Of a stretch of DNA of 64,000 nucleotides, positions 1-9,496 are shown piece after piece. This DNA comes from Candidatus Omnitrophota bacterium (GTDB lineage Bacteria > Omnitrophota > Gorgyraeia > Zapsychrales > Fredricksoniimonadaceae): the NCBI GenBank assembly GCA_903860135.1, contig CAIOPG010000007.1, forward strand, positions 66,100-130,099, written 5' to 3'. A program made the translations under genes and the position numbers. A model generated the notes under the pieces. It saw nothing but the letters and a program-made list of their open reading frames with translations. It searched no databases and was not told the DNA's origin. Positions within the stretch are counted from its first letter, which is position 1, and each line of letters begins with the position of its first letter.

Positions 1-500
1 CCTCCGGGGCATCGCTTCAGGACAGGAGCAGGTCCCGTAATCTGGAGAGTGCTTATTATAATGTTGCATTCCGCTTTTTTATCTGGCGGGATATGTTGCG
101 GGAACTTGTTAGGGAGCGTGCTTTTCTGGGGTTTAGTTTTGGCAGGCCTCAGCGATCGGCGTCGCTTGAGATATTGCATTGGGGAGAGGGTGAGTGGTCA
201 AGGGATGGCTGGATAGCACCGCACAATGCTTTTTTGCATATGATTTACCGTGGGGGGATCGTAGGGCTTGGTGTTATCGTATTTATTCTGGTTGCGCTGG
301 GGGGCATGATGAAGAATTTCTTGCAGGTACAGTCCTGGAAGGGCGGCTTGCTACTGAGTGCGCTGGTTTACTGGATCGTGATCGCTCAATTTGGTGTGAT
401 CCTGGAATTGCCGTATAACGCGATTGCTTTTTGGGCATTGTTTGGCGGCACATGGGCGTATCGGGATAAACTTATAGCAGAATCCCTGCAGGGCGCATGA
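1..500 (+). CDS. O-antigen ligase / Wzy_C family membrane protein, C-terminal part (5' truncated by window edge)
   Basis: The frame is open from the window start to the stop at 500. The hydrophobic C-terminus carries PHNAFLHMIYRGGIVGLG, matching the Wzy_C motif HN-YLQM-AE-G-VGL that is also present in the 5697..7010 paralog. Confidence 0.6.
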   Translation, partial: SGASLQDRSRSRNLESAYYNVAFRFFIWRDMLRELVRERAFLGFSFGRPQRSASLEILHWGEGEWSRDGWIAPHNAFLHMIYRGGIVGLGVIVFILVALGGMMKNFLQVQSWKGGLLLSALVYWIVIAQFGVILELPYNAIAFWALFGGTWAYRDKLIAESLQGA

Positions 501-1612
501 TGGCGCATAAACCCCGCATCCTTATTTGTGGTGTCCTTCCACCACCGTATTTTGGCCACAGCATGCTTTATGAGATGCTCATGGCGTCATCTTTTCCCAA
601 AGCCTTTGATGTGTATTTCTTGAATATGCATTTCTGGTCTTATGGCACGAACAAGAAAGTAACGGCACTTAAACTTTTCAAATTATGTGCTTATTACGCG
701 CATTACCTTTGGGTCCTCGTTGTTTTTCGTCCCCGTTATATCCTTTATAATACAAGTTTTTACAAGATGCCGTTCTTGAAGGATTTTTTGTTTTGTGCGA
801 CAGGCATTATCGCGGGGCGGCGGCTGGTTATTCATGATCATGGCCAGTATGTGCGGGAATTGCATGATGCCTTGCCTGACTGGCAGAAGAACATGCTGGG
901 CTGGCTGCTGGCCCGTGCCGCAGGAAGCATTGTGATGGGGGAACGCGTCCGTCCTGTTTATGATGGGTTGATGGATCAGGCCAAGATCGTTGTTGTCCCC
1001 GGCGTTGTGGCGGATACGCAGGGCATGGATGTGACGCCGGACAGGCCTGCGGAAGACTGTTTCAATGTCGTTTATTTTTCACACATGAGCCGGGACAAGG
1101 GGATCTTTGTGGCGTTTGAGACCGCGCGCGAGATCCTGCAGATGCGCCGGGATGTGGTCATGACCTTCGGCGGGCCGATCGAGAATGATGTTGTTCGTGC
1201 CGGTCTTGAGGCGCTCCAGCAGGAGTATCCTCAACGCGTCCGCTATCTGGGGTATGTGGACGATGCCAGCCGGCGCACCGAGATCTTTCGCGGGGCTGAT
1301 GTGTTCCTGTTTACGACGTTACGGGATGTCTTTGGACTGGTGCTCCTGCATGCCATGGCCGAGGGGCGGCCTATTGTTGCTTCGCGCGAAGGGACGATCC
1401 CGGAAATTGTCATCGACGGGGAGACCGGGCTTCTGTTTGATAAAGGAAATTCAAGGATGTGCGCGGGGGCTGTCTTGAGGCTTCTCGATGATAAAGATTT
1501 ATGCCTTAAGATGGGCGCCGCCGGCCGCCACAGGTTCGAGTCTGTTTATGCCATTGACACGTATGGCCCGCGCATGACAGATGTATTCTTTCAGATGGAA
1601 GGGGCTTTATAA
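497..1612 (+). CDS. glycosyltransferase family 4 (GT1-fold)
   Basis: 371 aa. C-terminal GT4 signature RPIVASREGTIPEIVIDGETGLLFDKGN (the EX7E-like region). ATGA start/stop overlap with the upstream gene. Confidence 0.85.
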   Translation: MMAHKPRILICGVLPPPYFGHSMLYEMLMASSFPKAFDVYFLNMHFWSYGTNKKVTALKLFKLCAYYAHYLWVLVVFRPRYILYNTSFYKMPFLKDFLFCATGIIAGRRLVIHDHGQYVRELHDALPDWQKNMLGWLLARAAGSIVMGERVRPVYDGLMDQAKIVVVPGVVADTQGMDVTPDRPAEDCFNVVYFSHMSRDKGIFVAFETAREILQMRRDVVMTFGGPIENDVVRAGLEALQQEYPQRVRYLGYVDDASRRTEIFRGADVFLFTTLRDVFGLVLLHAMAEGRPIVASREGTIPEIVIDGETGLLFDKGNSRMCAGAVLRLLDDKDLCLKMGAAGRHRFESVYAIDTYGPRMTDVFFQMEGAL

Positions 1613-1978
1613 ATTCGGGTTCCACCCGCAGGTTTTCTTTTTATTTAGAAATGCGGAACAAATCATAGGGTGTGAAAGATCGTATGGCCATAGCAATCAT
1701 CTTGAAGTCAGGGGCAAATATTTTCAAGCAGAAAGCTTGGTTATTCTTGTTTGTTTTTTGTTTTATTTATTGGGCATATTTGATTGCCCATACAACCATG
1801 CCGATCGTCTTTGATTCTATTGATTATGAGAATACGGGAAAGATCATTTATCAGCAGGGGGGCTGGAGTTCGACCCCGCTAAACATGTTCGGAAATGTCT
1901 GTAGATTAATCTTGCCGACAAGAGATTACGGTGTTATATTTCTGTTAATAATCATTTTTGATTATCTATGGAAACAAT

Positions 1979-2614
1979 ATGAAATTTGATGACTTCAAGA
2001 AAGAATTCAAATCTAGGATGTATATTCTGAGCCGGGATGTGCGGACGGATCAGGAAGATCATCAGGCTATGTTGAATCAATTATCCCGTTGGCAGAAAAG
2101 GGGTTTGATTCTTCCTTTACGCAAGGGGGTTTACGTATTGGGGCCTACACAATCAAGCAGTTCTCCTGATCTATTGATGCTGGCCAATATTATTTATGAA
2201 CCATCTTATGTCAGCTTGGAATATGCGCTCCATTTTTATGGTTTGATCCCCGAACGTGTCATGCAAGTCACCTCGATCACGACACGTAAGACAAAAAGCT
2301 TCAAGAATAGTTTTGGATGTTTTGTGTATCAGCATCTTAAGCCCTGCGCTTTCAGAGGTTTCAGGCAAGAGTTGGGGAAGGGCGGGTCTTTCTTTCTGGC
2401 GGAACCGGAAAAGGCCGTAGTGGATTTTCTTTATTTGAATCTGGCACGTTTTACGCATGATCCCTGCCGGGTGATGCAAGAGTCTTACCGGTTTCAGAAT
2501 ATGGAAGACTTACAGCCGGCTCGGTTACTGGAATTGGGACATTTGTTTGAATGCAAGAAATTGATGAAAGTGATCGGAACTTTAACAGAATTTTTGCACC
2601 AGGAGTGTTTATGA
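1979..2614 (+). CDS. abiEi: AbiEi-family antitoxin (type IV TA / abortive infection), transcriptional regulator
   Basis: Central region LANIIYEPSYVSLEYALHFYGLIPE is typical of AbiEi antitoxin domains. It sits directly upstream of an AbiEii nucleotidyltransferase with an ATGA overlap. Start may be 1958 or 1979. Confidence 0.7.
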   Translation: MKFDDFKKEFKSRMYILSRDVRTDQEDHQAMLNQLSRWQKRGLILPLRKGVYVLGPTQSSSSPDLLMLANIIYEPSYVSLEYALHFYGLIPERVMQVTSITTRKTKSFKNSFGCFVYQHLKPCAFRGFRQELGKGGSFFLAEPEKAVVDFLYLNLARFTHDPCRVMQESYRFQNMEDLQPARLLELGHLFECKKLMKVIGTLTEFLHQECL

Positions 2615-3411
2615 TCGATGTCATCCGGCAGCAATTGAAAGCGGAGATGACGGACAGGCAGAAAGAAAACATGACGCGTGAATTCTTGCAGATTCTTTGC
2701 CTTAAGTTGATGCATGACAAAAAAATGTTTGAGGATGTTGCGTTCCTTGGGGGCACATTGTTAAGGCTTCTGTTTGATATGCGCCGTTTCTCGGAAGACC
2801 TGGATTTTTCCCTGATCCGGCCGGGGGATTATGCGATCGCGCAAGTCGCCGATGAGCTTGTAGCGGCACTGCGTTTGTATGGTTTTTCCGTTGAGGCCAA
2901 GGTCAGGATGAATGGTGCTGTTCAGAGCTGTTTACTCAAGTTTGAAGGGCTTCTTAAGGAGCTTGGGCTGTCACCTCTTAAAAGCCAGAAATTATCCATT
3001 AAGATCGACGTAGATACGCGTCCGCCTGATGGGTGGACATTGTCCCGCACACTGGTGAGTAAAACATTTGTTTTTACGGTTACGCATTATGACCAGCCGT
3101 CTCTCTTTGCCGGGAAATTGCACGCGTGTTTTTATCGCACATATACCAAAGGGCGCGACTTTTATGATCTTTTTTGGTATTTGGGCAAGAAAGTACGTCC
3201 GAATTTCTTGTTGCTTAATAATGCTGTTCGGCAAACGCAGGGTATTGATGCCGGGATCAACGAGGGTAACTGGAAATATTTTCTTTTGGAAAAGGTCAAG
3301 AATGTTGATATGATTGATGCTCGGGAAGATGTTCGGCTATTCCTTGAGGATGACAATGAATTAAGGCTCTTTGATGCGGGTATTTTATCGGATGCGATCA
3401 AAGGGGGGTGA
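2611..3411 (+). CDS. abiEii: AbiEii/AbiGii-family nucleotidyltransferase toxin (DUF1814)
   Basis: N-terminal motif FLGGTLLRLLFDMRRFSEDLDFS is the DUF1814/AbiEii nucleotidyltransferase signature (GG[ST]..R......R.S.DLDF). Translationally coupled to abiEi. The ORF track extends the frame to 2551; the ATG at 2611 overlaps the abiEi stop. Confidence 0.8.
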   Translation: MIDVIRQQLKAEMTDRQKENMTREFLQILCLKLMHDKKMFEDVAFLGGTLLRLLFDMRRFSEDLDFSLIRPGDYAIAQVADELVAALRLYGFSVEAKVRMNGAVQSCLLKFEGLLKELGLSPLKSQKLSIKIDVDTRPPDGWTLSRTLVSKTFVFTVTHYDQPSLFAGKLHACFYRTYTKGRDFYDLFWYLGKKVRPNFLLLNNAVRQTQGIDAGINEGNWKYFLLEKVKNVDMIDAREDVRLFLEDDNELRLFDAGILSDAIKGG

Positions 3412-3511
3412 TGATTGAAGAATGCGGGGAAAGAAGTGAACGGATTGAACAGCGAATGCTTGAACTTGTGATAAAGGGTGGTTGTAAAAACAGCAATGGC
3501 AGGCAGACGGC

Positions 3512-4282
3512 ATGAGATCATTTGAATCGGCGGTTGATGGGTACGATGTCTTGGGTGTAAGGATCTCGGCCGTTAATCCTTTGAAAGCCGAGGCGGTGAT
3601 CGCGGACATGATCGCACGCCGGGCCAAAGGTTATGTGTGCGTGGCGCCGGTAGCCACGGTCATGGATTGCCAGAAGGATCCGGATTACCGCGTGCTGGTG
3701 AACAATGCCGCCATGGTTACGCCCGATGGCGCGCCGATCGCCTGGCTGGGGCGGCTGGCCGGGCATCAGGATGTCCGCCGCACCTATGGCCCCGGATTGA
3801 TGGAACAGCTCTGTGATCATGGCAGAGCCTTGGGCTGGAGGCACTTCTTTTATGGTGGCACACCTGAAGCCTGCACGCAGTTGGAGCGTGTCTTGACGGC
3901 CAGGTTCCCGGGGATCGATATCGTCGGCAAGTTATCACCGCCGTATACGCCCCAAGCTATGCCGCTCGCTGTGGACGTGGCGCGTCTTATCAATGCGGCC
4001 AAACCTGATATTATATGGGTCGGATTGGGGGCGCCGAAACAGGATTTCTGGAATGTGATCAATCGCCCTGTGCTTGAAGCACCTGTCCTGGTTGGCATTG
4101 GTGCCGCTTTTGATTTCATTTCCGGTTTAAAACCGCAGGCCCCTGGTTGGATCGGCTCGATGGGATTGGAATGGCTTTTTCGTTTGGGCTGTGAGCCTGG
4201 GCGGCTCTGGCGGCGGTATTTGATCGGCAACACCGTGTTCGTATGGCTTCTGGTCAAAAGCATTTTTCGGAGGGGGAGATGA
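3512..4282 (+). CDS. WecB/TagA/CpsF family glycosyltransferase (GT26)
   Basis: 256 aa. The VLGVRISAVNPLKAEAVIADMIARRAKGYVCVAPVATVM..GTPE...ARFPGIDIVG pattern is typical of N-acetylmannosaminyltransferase-like GT26. Confidence 0.85.
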   Translation: MRSFESAVDGYDVLGVRISAVNPLKAEAVIADMIARRAKGYVCVAPVATVMDCQKDPDYRVLVNNAAMVTPDGAPIAWLGRLAGHQDVRRTYGPGLMEQLCDHGRALGWRHFFYGGTPEACTQLERVLTARFPGIDIVGKLSPPYTPQAMPLAVDVARLINAAKPDIIWVGLGAPKQDFWNVINRPVLEAPVLVGIGAAFDFISGLKPQAPGWIGSMGLEWLFRLGCEPGRLWRRYLIGNTVFVWLLVKSIFRRGR

Positions 4283-5697
4283 TCAAGCGCATATCCGGTA
4301 TTTTTATCCGCACGGCATACATTTCGTTTGATATTGTCAGTGTTCTTTTGGCGATCTTCATCGCGTGTCACTTGAGGGAGCGTGCGTTCCCGGTTGACCT
4401 GCGGGCGCTTTTTCTCGATACAGCCAATCCCTTTCACCTTGTATTCTTGAGTTGGCTGATCGCTGTGCTTTGTTTCAACAGCATATACCAACTTTACGCC
4501 ACGCACCGGGAATGGATGCGCGGGCATGAATTCGGACAGATACTGCGGACGGTCTTTTTCTCTGGGATCATTGTTATGGCGTTTGTTTATACGGCCAAGG
4601 TTTACAATTTTCCCCGTTCGGTATTCCTGCTGATGATGCTTTTGACAGCCGCATTTCTTATATTATGGCGCACCGTAAAAAATCAGTTTGTTGCCTTTCT
4701 GGTGGCGCACGGGTATAACAATTTCAACGTGATCATTATTGGTGCCGGCAAGGTCGGGCTGATGCTTGCCGCCGAGATCGAACGACGCCCGGAGATGGGG
4801 CTGCGCATCGCCGGGTTTCTCGATGATAACAAGAAGAATGAAGCTGTGGGTGGCCGTTACCCGGTGCTGGGGCGGTTGTCTGATCTGCCGGATGTTGCGG
4901 CGCGGCATTTTGCGCACAAGATCATGGTCACGATCCATCCGGACAGCGATGTTTTTCACGCAATCCTTGATACGGCTGATGATCTGGGGCTGGGGGTCCG
5001 TGTGGTGCCCCAGGCTTTCGACAGGGCTGCGGGAGAACTCCTGAAATACAATATCGGTCTTATCCCGGTCCTTGAATACTGCGATATCGGGCATGCGCGC
5101 CGACAATCGGGCAAACGGGCTTTCGACCTTGTTCTTTCCCTGCTGGGGTTGATCGTTCTGATGCCGCTCTTCGTGTGCCTTGCGGTATTGATCAAAGGCG
5201 ATAGCCGTGGACCTGTTTTTTATTTTTCAAAACGTTATGGTCGAGGTGGTCAGGTATTCCGGATGTGGAAGTTCCGCAGTATGTCGGCTGATGCTGAATC
5301 CCGGCTTGAAGCCCTGAAAGAAAAGAACGAGGTCGATGGGCCTATTTTCAAAATTAGGCAGGATCCTCGGGTAACGCGGTTGGGACGCTTTCTGCGCAAG
5401 TACAGCCTTGATGAGTTGCCGCAGATCATCAATGTCCTGCTGGGGGATATGAGCATTGTCGGCCCGCGGCCGCTGCCCCTTGACCAGGTCGAGCAGGAGG
5501 ATTTTAAACAGCTCAAGCGCCTCGAGGTCCATCCGGGGATCACCGGGCTTTGGCAGGTCAGAGGTCGCAGTGACCTGACCTTTGGGCAGTTGGTAAAATG
5601 GGATATCTGGTATATCAACAACTGGTCATTCGTGCTGGATTTACAGATCCTCCTGGAAACGGTTCCTGTTGTGTTAAAGGGGAAAGGAGCCTACTAG
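4279..5697 (+). CDS. polyprenyl-phosphate sugar phosphotransferase (bacterial sugar transferase, WbaP/EpsB-like)
   Basis: N-terminal TM helices, then the C-terminal Bac_transf domain: FDLVLSLLGLIVLMPLF...GPVFYFSKRYGRGGQVFRMWKFRSM...LDELPQIINVLLGDMSIVGPRP. The ATG at 4279 overlaps the upstream stop and is preceded by GGAGGGGGAG. Confidence 0.9.
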   Translation: MIKRISGIFIRTAYISFDIVSVLLAIFIACHLRERAFPVDLRALFLDTANPFHLVFLSWLIAVLCFNSIYQLYATHREWMRGHEFGQILRTVFFSGIIVMAFVYTAKVYNFPRSVFLLMMLLTAAFLILWRTVKNQFVAFLVAHGYNNFNVIIIGAGKVGLMLAAEIERRPEMGLRIAGFLDDNKKNEAVGGRYPVLGRLSDLPDVAARHFAHKIMVTIHPDSDVFHAILDTADDLGLGVRVVPQAFDRAAGELLKYNIGLIPVLEYCDIGHARRQSGKRAFDLVLSLLGLIVLMPLFVCLAVLIKGDSRGPVFYFSKRYGRGGQVFRMWKFRSMSADAESRLEALKEKNEVDGPIFKIRQDPRVTRLGRFLRKYSLDELPQIINVLLGDMSIVGPRPLPLDQVEQEDFKQLKRLEVHPGITGLWQVRGRSDLTFGQLVKWDIWYINNWSFVLDLQILLETVPVVLKGKGAY

Positions 5698-7010
5698 TGA
5701 AAAATCTGAACAGACTTGGGACGGTGGATGTTGATGCGATAATCCTATGGCTTGACCGCGCCGCTTTTGTCTGCCTTTGCGCGCTGGTGTTTATCCTGCC
5801 GGTGTCAACGGCAGGGGTTGAGATATTTGGTTCGCTGGCGGTATTGTTCTTTCTGATGAACCGGGGATTGACCGCAAGGCAAAAAGGGGTTGGGGCGTTG
5901 ATACCCACAGGTGTCAGCCTCAGGATCGCTATTCCCCTTCTCGTTTTTTTGGCTATGTGCGGGATGTCCATTCTCTGGAGCGTTGATCCACAGCTGAGCT
6001 TCCGGGCTTTTGCCGGGAAATCGGTCGGTGCCGCTCTTCTCTTTTGGACAGCTGCGGGTACGTTCACATCGCGGGCAAGGCTGCTGCGCCTGGGTGGGGT
6101 CCTTTTGGCATCGGCGTTTATTGTTTCCCTCGATGGCTTTTGGCAATTATGGCAGGGTCATGATCTTTTCAAAGGAGAAGCCCTCTCCGGTGGGCGTGTC
6201 TGTGCGGCCATGCGGCATCCCAATGGTTTTGGGGCTTATTTGCTCTTTGCTATTCTTCCAGCTTTTGCGTTGACGTGCTGGTCCCTGACCCGTGAGGCGC
6301 ACGGTCTGTTTAATTCCTGGCGGGGGCGTTTACTGCTGGTCGGATTAACAGTTGTCTTGTGTGCGGCTATCGGGTTTACATTTTCACGCGGTGCCTGGAT
6401 CGGTCTGTTCGCGGGGGTGGTGGTCTTGATCGTCTTACGGCCAGGCTACTTCTTGCCGCTGGCTCTGGCGGCGGGTTTGTTCCTGATCATTTTTTCACCA
6501 CTGATCATTTCTTTGCGGCATGTGGGGGTGCTTTCGGATTCGCCTTCAGTCACCAACATCTTTGATACGACCAACATCAATGGTACGGGCAGGATCGGCT
6601 TCTGGAAGGATGCTTTGCGGGTGATCGCCGAGCATCCCGCGGGCACGGGCTTAAATACATATACGACGGTCATCCGGCAATATCCGGTGGCGTGGCGCGC
6701 CTATCCCCATAATTCATATTTGCAAATGGCGGCGGAGATCGGTGCCGTTGGCCTGACGGTATTCTTGTGGTTTATCTGGAGCTTTATATGGCAGACAGCC
6801 GGGAGGATCAGGCGGTTCCGCCACGACGTGACAGGGGCGTTGATCACGGGCCTGTTGGCAGGGTGGGTGGGCGTCATGGTGCAGAGCGGGCTGGACACAA
6901 CCTTTTATTCGGTGCAGTTAAGCCGGATGCTTTGGCTGATGATGGGGCTCCTTCTGGCGGCAGTCTTGATCGAGAGCAAGGATAGTCCGGAACCGGAAAC
7001 AAAGGCTTGA
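5697..7010 (+). CDS. O-antigen ligase / Wzy_C family polytopic membrane protein
   Basis: Multiple TM helices. Motifs RGAWIGLFAGVVVLIV and PHNSYLQMAAEIGAVGL (Wzy_C). GTG start at 5697 overlaps the upstream TAG and is preceded by AAAGGGGAAAGGAG. Confidence 0.8.
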   Translation: MKNLNRLGTVDVDAIILWLDRAAFVCLCALVFILPVSTAGVEIFGSLAVLFFLMNRGLTARQKGVGALIPTGVSLRIAIPLLVFLAMCGMSILWSVDPQLSFRAFAGKSVGAALLFWTAAGTFTSRARLLRLGGVLLASAFIVSLDGFWQLWQGHDLFKGEALSGGRVCAAMRHPNGFGAYLLFAILPAFALTCWSLTREAHGLFNSWRGRLLLVGLTVVLCAAIGFTFSRGAWIGLFAGVVVLIVLRPGYFLPLALAAGLFLIIFSPLIISLRHVGVLSDSPSVTNIFDTTNINGTGRIGFWKDALRVIAEHPAGTGLNTYTTVIRQYPVAWRAYPHNSYLQMAAEIGAVGLTVFLWFIWSFIWQTAGRIRRFRHDVTGALITGLLAGWVGVMVQSGLDTTFYSVQLSRMLWLMMGLLLAAVLIESKDSPEPETKA

Positions 7011-7013
7011 GAT

Positions 7014-7041
7014 TTGACAAACCCGTTTCGCAATATATAAT
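7014..7041 (+). promoter_or_regulatory. sigma70-like promoter upstream of pgk (TTGACA-16bp-TATAAT)
   Basis: TTGACA at 7014-7019 and TATAAT at 7036-7041 with a 16-bp spacer, ~95 bp upstream of the pgk ATG. Confidence 0.55.
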
Positions 7042-7133
7042 GCTTAAAATTTTTAAATTCCTTTTTTCCATAACCTAGTTAAGGGGCGGAAGAAAAAACG
7101 GTTTTTTAACCATTACTGTTTCTGGAGGACTGT

Positions 7134-8354
7134 ATGAGCAAGATGACGGTGCGCGACATTGATCTTAAAGGGAAACGGGTCATTATCCGGGTGGACTTCA
7201 ATGTGCCGCTCGATGGCGACCATATTACAGATGATATCCGTATCCGGGCGGCAATCCCGACGATCAAATATGTCGTGGAGCATGGCGCGGCCAAGGTGAT
7301 TTTGATGAGCCATCTGGGGCGTCCGGCCGGCAAGGGGTTTGAAAAAGAATTTTCGCTGGCGCCGGCGGCGCAGCGTCTGGCCGAATTGCTCGGTCAGCCG
7401 GTAACCCTCCTGGCGGATTGTGTCGGTGAGGCTGTCAGTAAGGAAGCCGCGGCGGCCCCGGCGAAGATCCTTCTGCTGGAGAATCTCCGGTTCCATAAAG
7501 AAGAAGAAAAGAACGACCCTGCTTTTGCCAAAGAGCTGGCGTCGCTCGCTGATGTTTATGTTAATGATGCCTTCGGAACGGCGCACCGCGCCCACGCCTC
7601 GACGGCAGGGCTGGCGGCGTATTTGCCGGCGGTCAGCGGGTTCCTGATCGAGAAAGAGATCGAGTATCTCGGTAAAGCGATCAATGCCCCGGAGCGTCCG
7701 TTCGTGGTTGTGCTCGGCGGCAAGAAAGTGTCCGACAAGATCCTCTTGATCGAAAATCTGCTGAAAAAGGCGGATACTATCCTGATCGGCGGCGGCATGG
7801 CCTACACCTTTCTTAAGGCGCGCGGCATCAATATCGGCAATTCCAAACTTGAAAAAGACAGGATCGAACTCGCGGCCGAGATCATGACCAAGGCCATGGC
7901 GGCCGGGGTTCAGATCGAAATGACTGAAGATTTTGTGATCGTTCCCAATTTTGATTCTGATGATGCCCAGATCTCGGATGTGATCCCGGACGGGTTCGAA
8001 TCACTGGATATTGGCCCCAAGACACGTGCCAAGTTCAAGGCCATTCTTTCTGGGGCCAGGACGGTCATCTGGAACGGTCCGCTGGGTGTTTTTGAACGCG
8101 CGGCATTCGAGAATGGCACCAAAGAGATCGCCCTGCATCTGGCGTCCTTGCACGATAAGGGCGTTAAAACCATCATTGGCGGCGGTGATTCCGCGGCGGC
8201 GGTGGCGAAGTTCGGGTTGGAAGACAAGATGACGCATATTTCCACGGGCGGCGGCGCGGCGCTCGAGTATCTTGAAGGCAAGGAGCTTCCGGGAATAACG
8301 GCGCTCAATGACAAGAAAAAGGCATCGGGCTGCTGTTGCGGCGGATGCCGGTAA
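7134..8354 (+). CDS. pgk: phosphoglycerate kinase
   Basis: [64 protein letters not shown] is a classic PGK N-terminus. Confidence 0.95.
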   Translation: MSKMTVRDIDLKGKRVIIRVDFNVPLDGDHITDDIRIRAAIPTIKYVVEHGAAKVILMSHLGRPAGKGFEKEFSLAPAAQRLAELLGQPVTLLADCVGEAVSKEAAAAPAKILLLENLRFHKEEEKNDPAFAKELASLADVYVNDAFGTAHRAHASTAGLAAYLPAVSGFLIEKEIEYLGKAINAPERPFVVVLGGKKVSDKILLIENLLKKADTILIGGGMAYTFLKARGINIGNSKLEKDRIELAAEIMTKAMAAGVQIEMTEDFVIVPNFDSDDAQISDVIPDGFESLDIGPKTRAKFKAILSGARTVIWNGPLGVFERAAFENGTKEIALHLASLHDKGVKTIIGGGDSAAAVAKFGLEDKMTHISTGGGAALEYLEGKELPGITALNDKKKASGCCCGGCR

Positions 8355-8375
8355 GCCATAACCAAAGAGGTTTTT

Positions 8376-9131
8376 ATGCGCAGGAAGATCATCGCAGGTA
8401 ACTGGAAAATGTACAAGAATCCGGCGGAAGCCGTGGCTCTCGTTGAGGGGTTGAAGAAGGAACTGGCCGGACAGACGGCGGTGGATGTGGTTGTTTGTCC
8501 TCCGTTTGTCAGTCTGACGGAAGCGGCAAGGGGGCTCGCGGGTTCAGCTATAGCACTCGGCGCGCAGAATCTTTTTTGGGAAGCCGAAGGGGCGTTTACG
8601 GGAGAGATCTCCGGTGCCATGATCAAGGCGTCGGGTGCGGAATATGTTATCATTGGGCATTCCGAGCGTCGTCAGTATTTTGGTGAGTCCAATGAGACGG
8701 TCAACCGGCGCCTCAAGGCCGCTTTCAGGTATGCATTAAAGCCCATTGTTTGTGTGGGCGAGAATCTGGCCGAGCGCGAAGCGGGTAAAACGTTTGACGT
8801 GGTCAAGGATCATTTGACCGGGTCTTTGGCGGGCTTGACCAAAGAAGACATGAACACCGTTGTCATTGCCTATGAACCTGTGTGGGCCATCGGTACCGGC
8901 AAGACAGCCACTTCAGCGCAGGCCCAGGAAGTGCATCAGTTCATCCGCGGCATCCTTGTCCGCCTGTTTGATGAACCGACGGCCGAGGCGGTAAGGATCC
9001 AGTATGGTGGCAGTGTGAAGCCTGAGAATGCAGCAGAACTCATGTCCCAGCCGGACATTGACGGGGCGCTGGTCGGAGGCGCGAGCCTGAAGGCGGATTC
9101 ATTTGCGGCCATCATCAAGAATGCGGCTTAA
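8376..9131 (+). CDS. tpiA: triose-phosphate isomerase
   Basis: [10 protein letters not shown] start and an IGHSERR-type motif. Conserved pgk-tpiA-secG order. Confidence 0.95.
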   Translation: MRRKIIAGNWKMYKNPAEAVALVEGLKKELAGQTAVDVVVCPPFVSLTEAARGLAGSAIALGAQNLFWEAEGAFTGEISGAMIKASGAEYVIIGHSERRQYFGESNETVNRRLKAAFRYALKPIVCVGENLAEREAGKTFDVVKDHLTGSLAGLTKEDMNTVVIAYEPVWAIGTGKTATSAQAQEVHQFIRGILVRLFDEPTAEAVRIQYGGSVKPENAAELMSQPDIDGALVGGASLKADSFAAIIKNAA

Positions 9132-9145
9132 TTAAAGGAGTTTTT

Positions 9146-9496
9146 GTGATCACTTTTATCACTGTCATCCATGTTATTACCTGTGTGCTTTTGATCGCTT
9201 CCATCCTGATGCAGTCGGGCAAGGGCGGCGGCCTGGCGCAGGGGTTTGATTCGGCGGAAAATCTGCTCGGTGCCCAGACCAATCAGTTCATCCTCAAGGT
9301 GACAACAACGCTTTGCGTCATCTTTTTAGCGACGTGCATCGCCACAGCGCTTTTGACATCGAAGAAACAGCGTTCGTTGCTTGACGCCATGCCTGATGCG
9401 CGCAAGGCACCGGTGACCGTGAATGTCGAGAAACTCTTTGACCAGGCTCCCGCGCAGACCATCGTGATCAATGCGGCGACCAACAGCGCCGAGTGA
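9146..9496 (+). CDS. secG: preprotein translocase subunit SecG
   Basis: Small two-TM protein with LLIASILMQSGKGGGL. GTG start after AAAGGAG. Confidence 0.85.
   Translation: MITFITVIHVITCVLLIASILMQSGKGGGLAQGFDSAENLLGAQTNQFILKVTTTLCVIFLATCIATALLTSKKQRSLLDAMPDARKAPVTVNVEKLFDQAPAQTIVINAATNSAE

Noticed and set aside
1672-1989. 105-aa hydrophobic ORF in the AT-rich gap between the GT4 gene and abiEi
   Set aside because: No RBS, no homology signal, and the composition is simply AT-rich spacer. It could be a remnant of the inserted element, but is not supportable as a gene.
7113-7595. 160-aa minus-strand ORF overlapping the pgk promoter and 5' coding region
   Set aside because: Antisense to pgk and crossing its promoter. 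Arg-rich, low-complexity translation.
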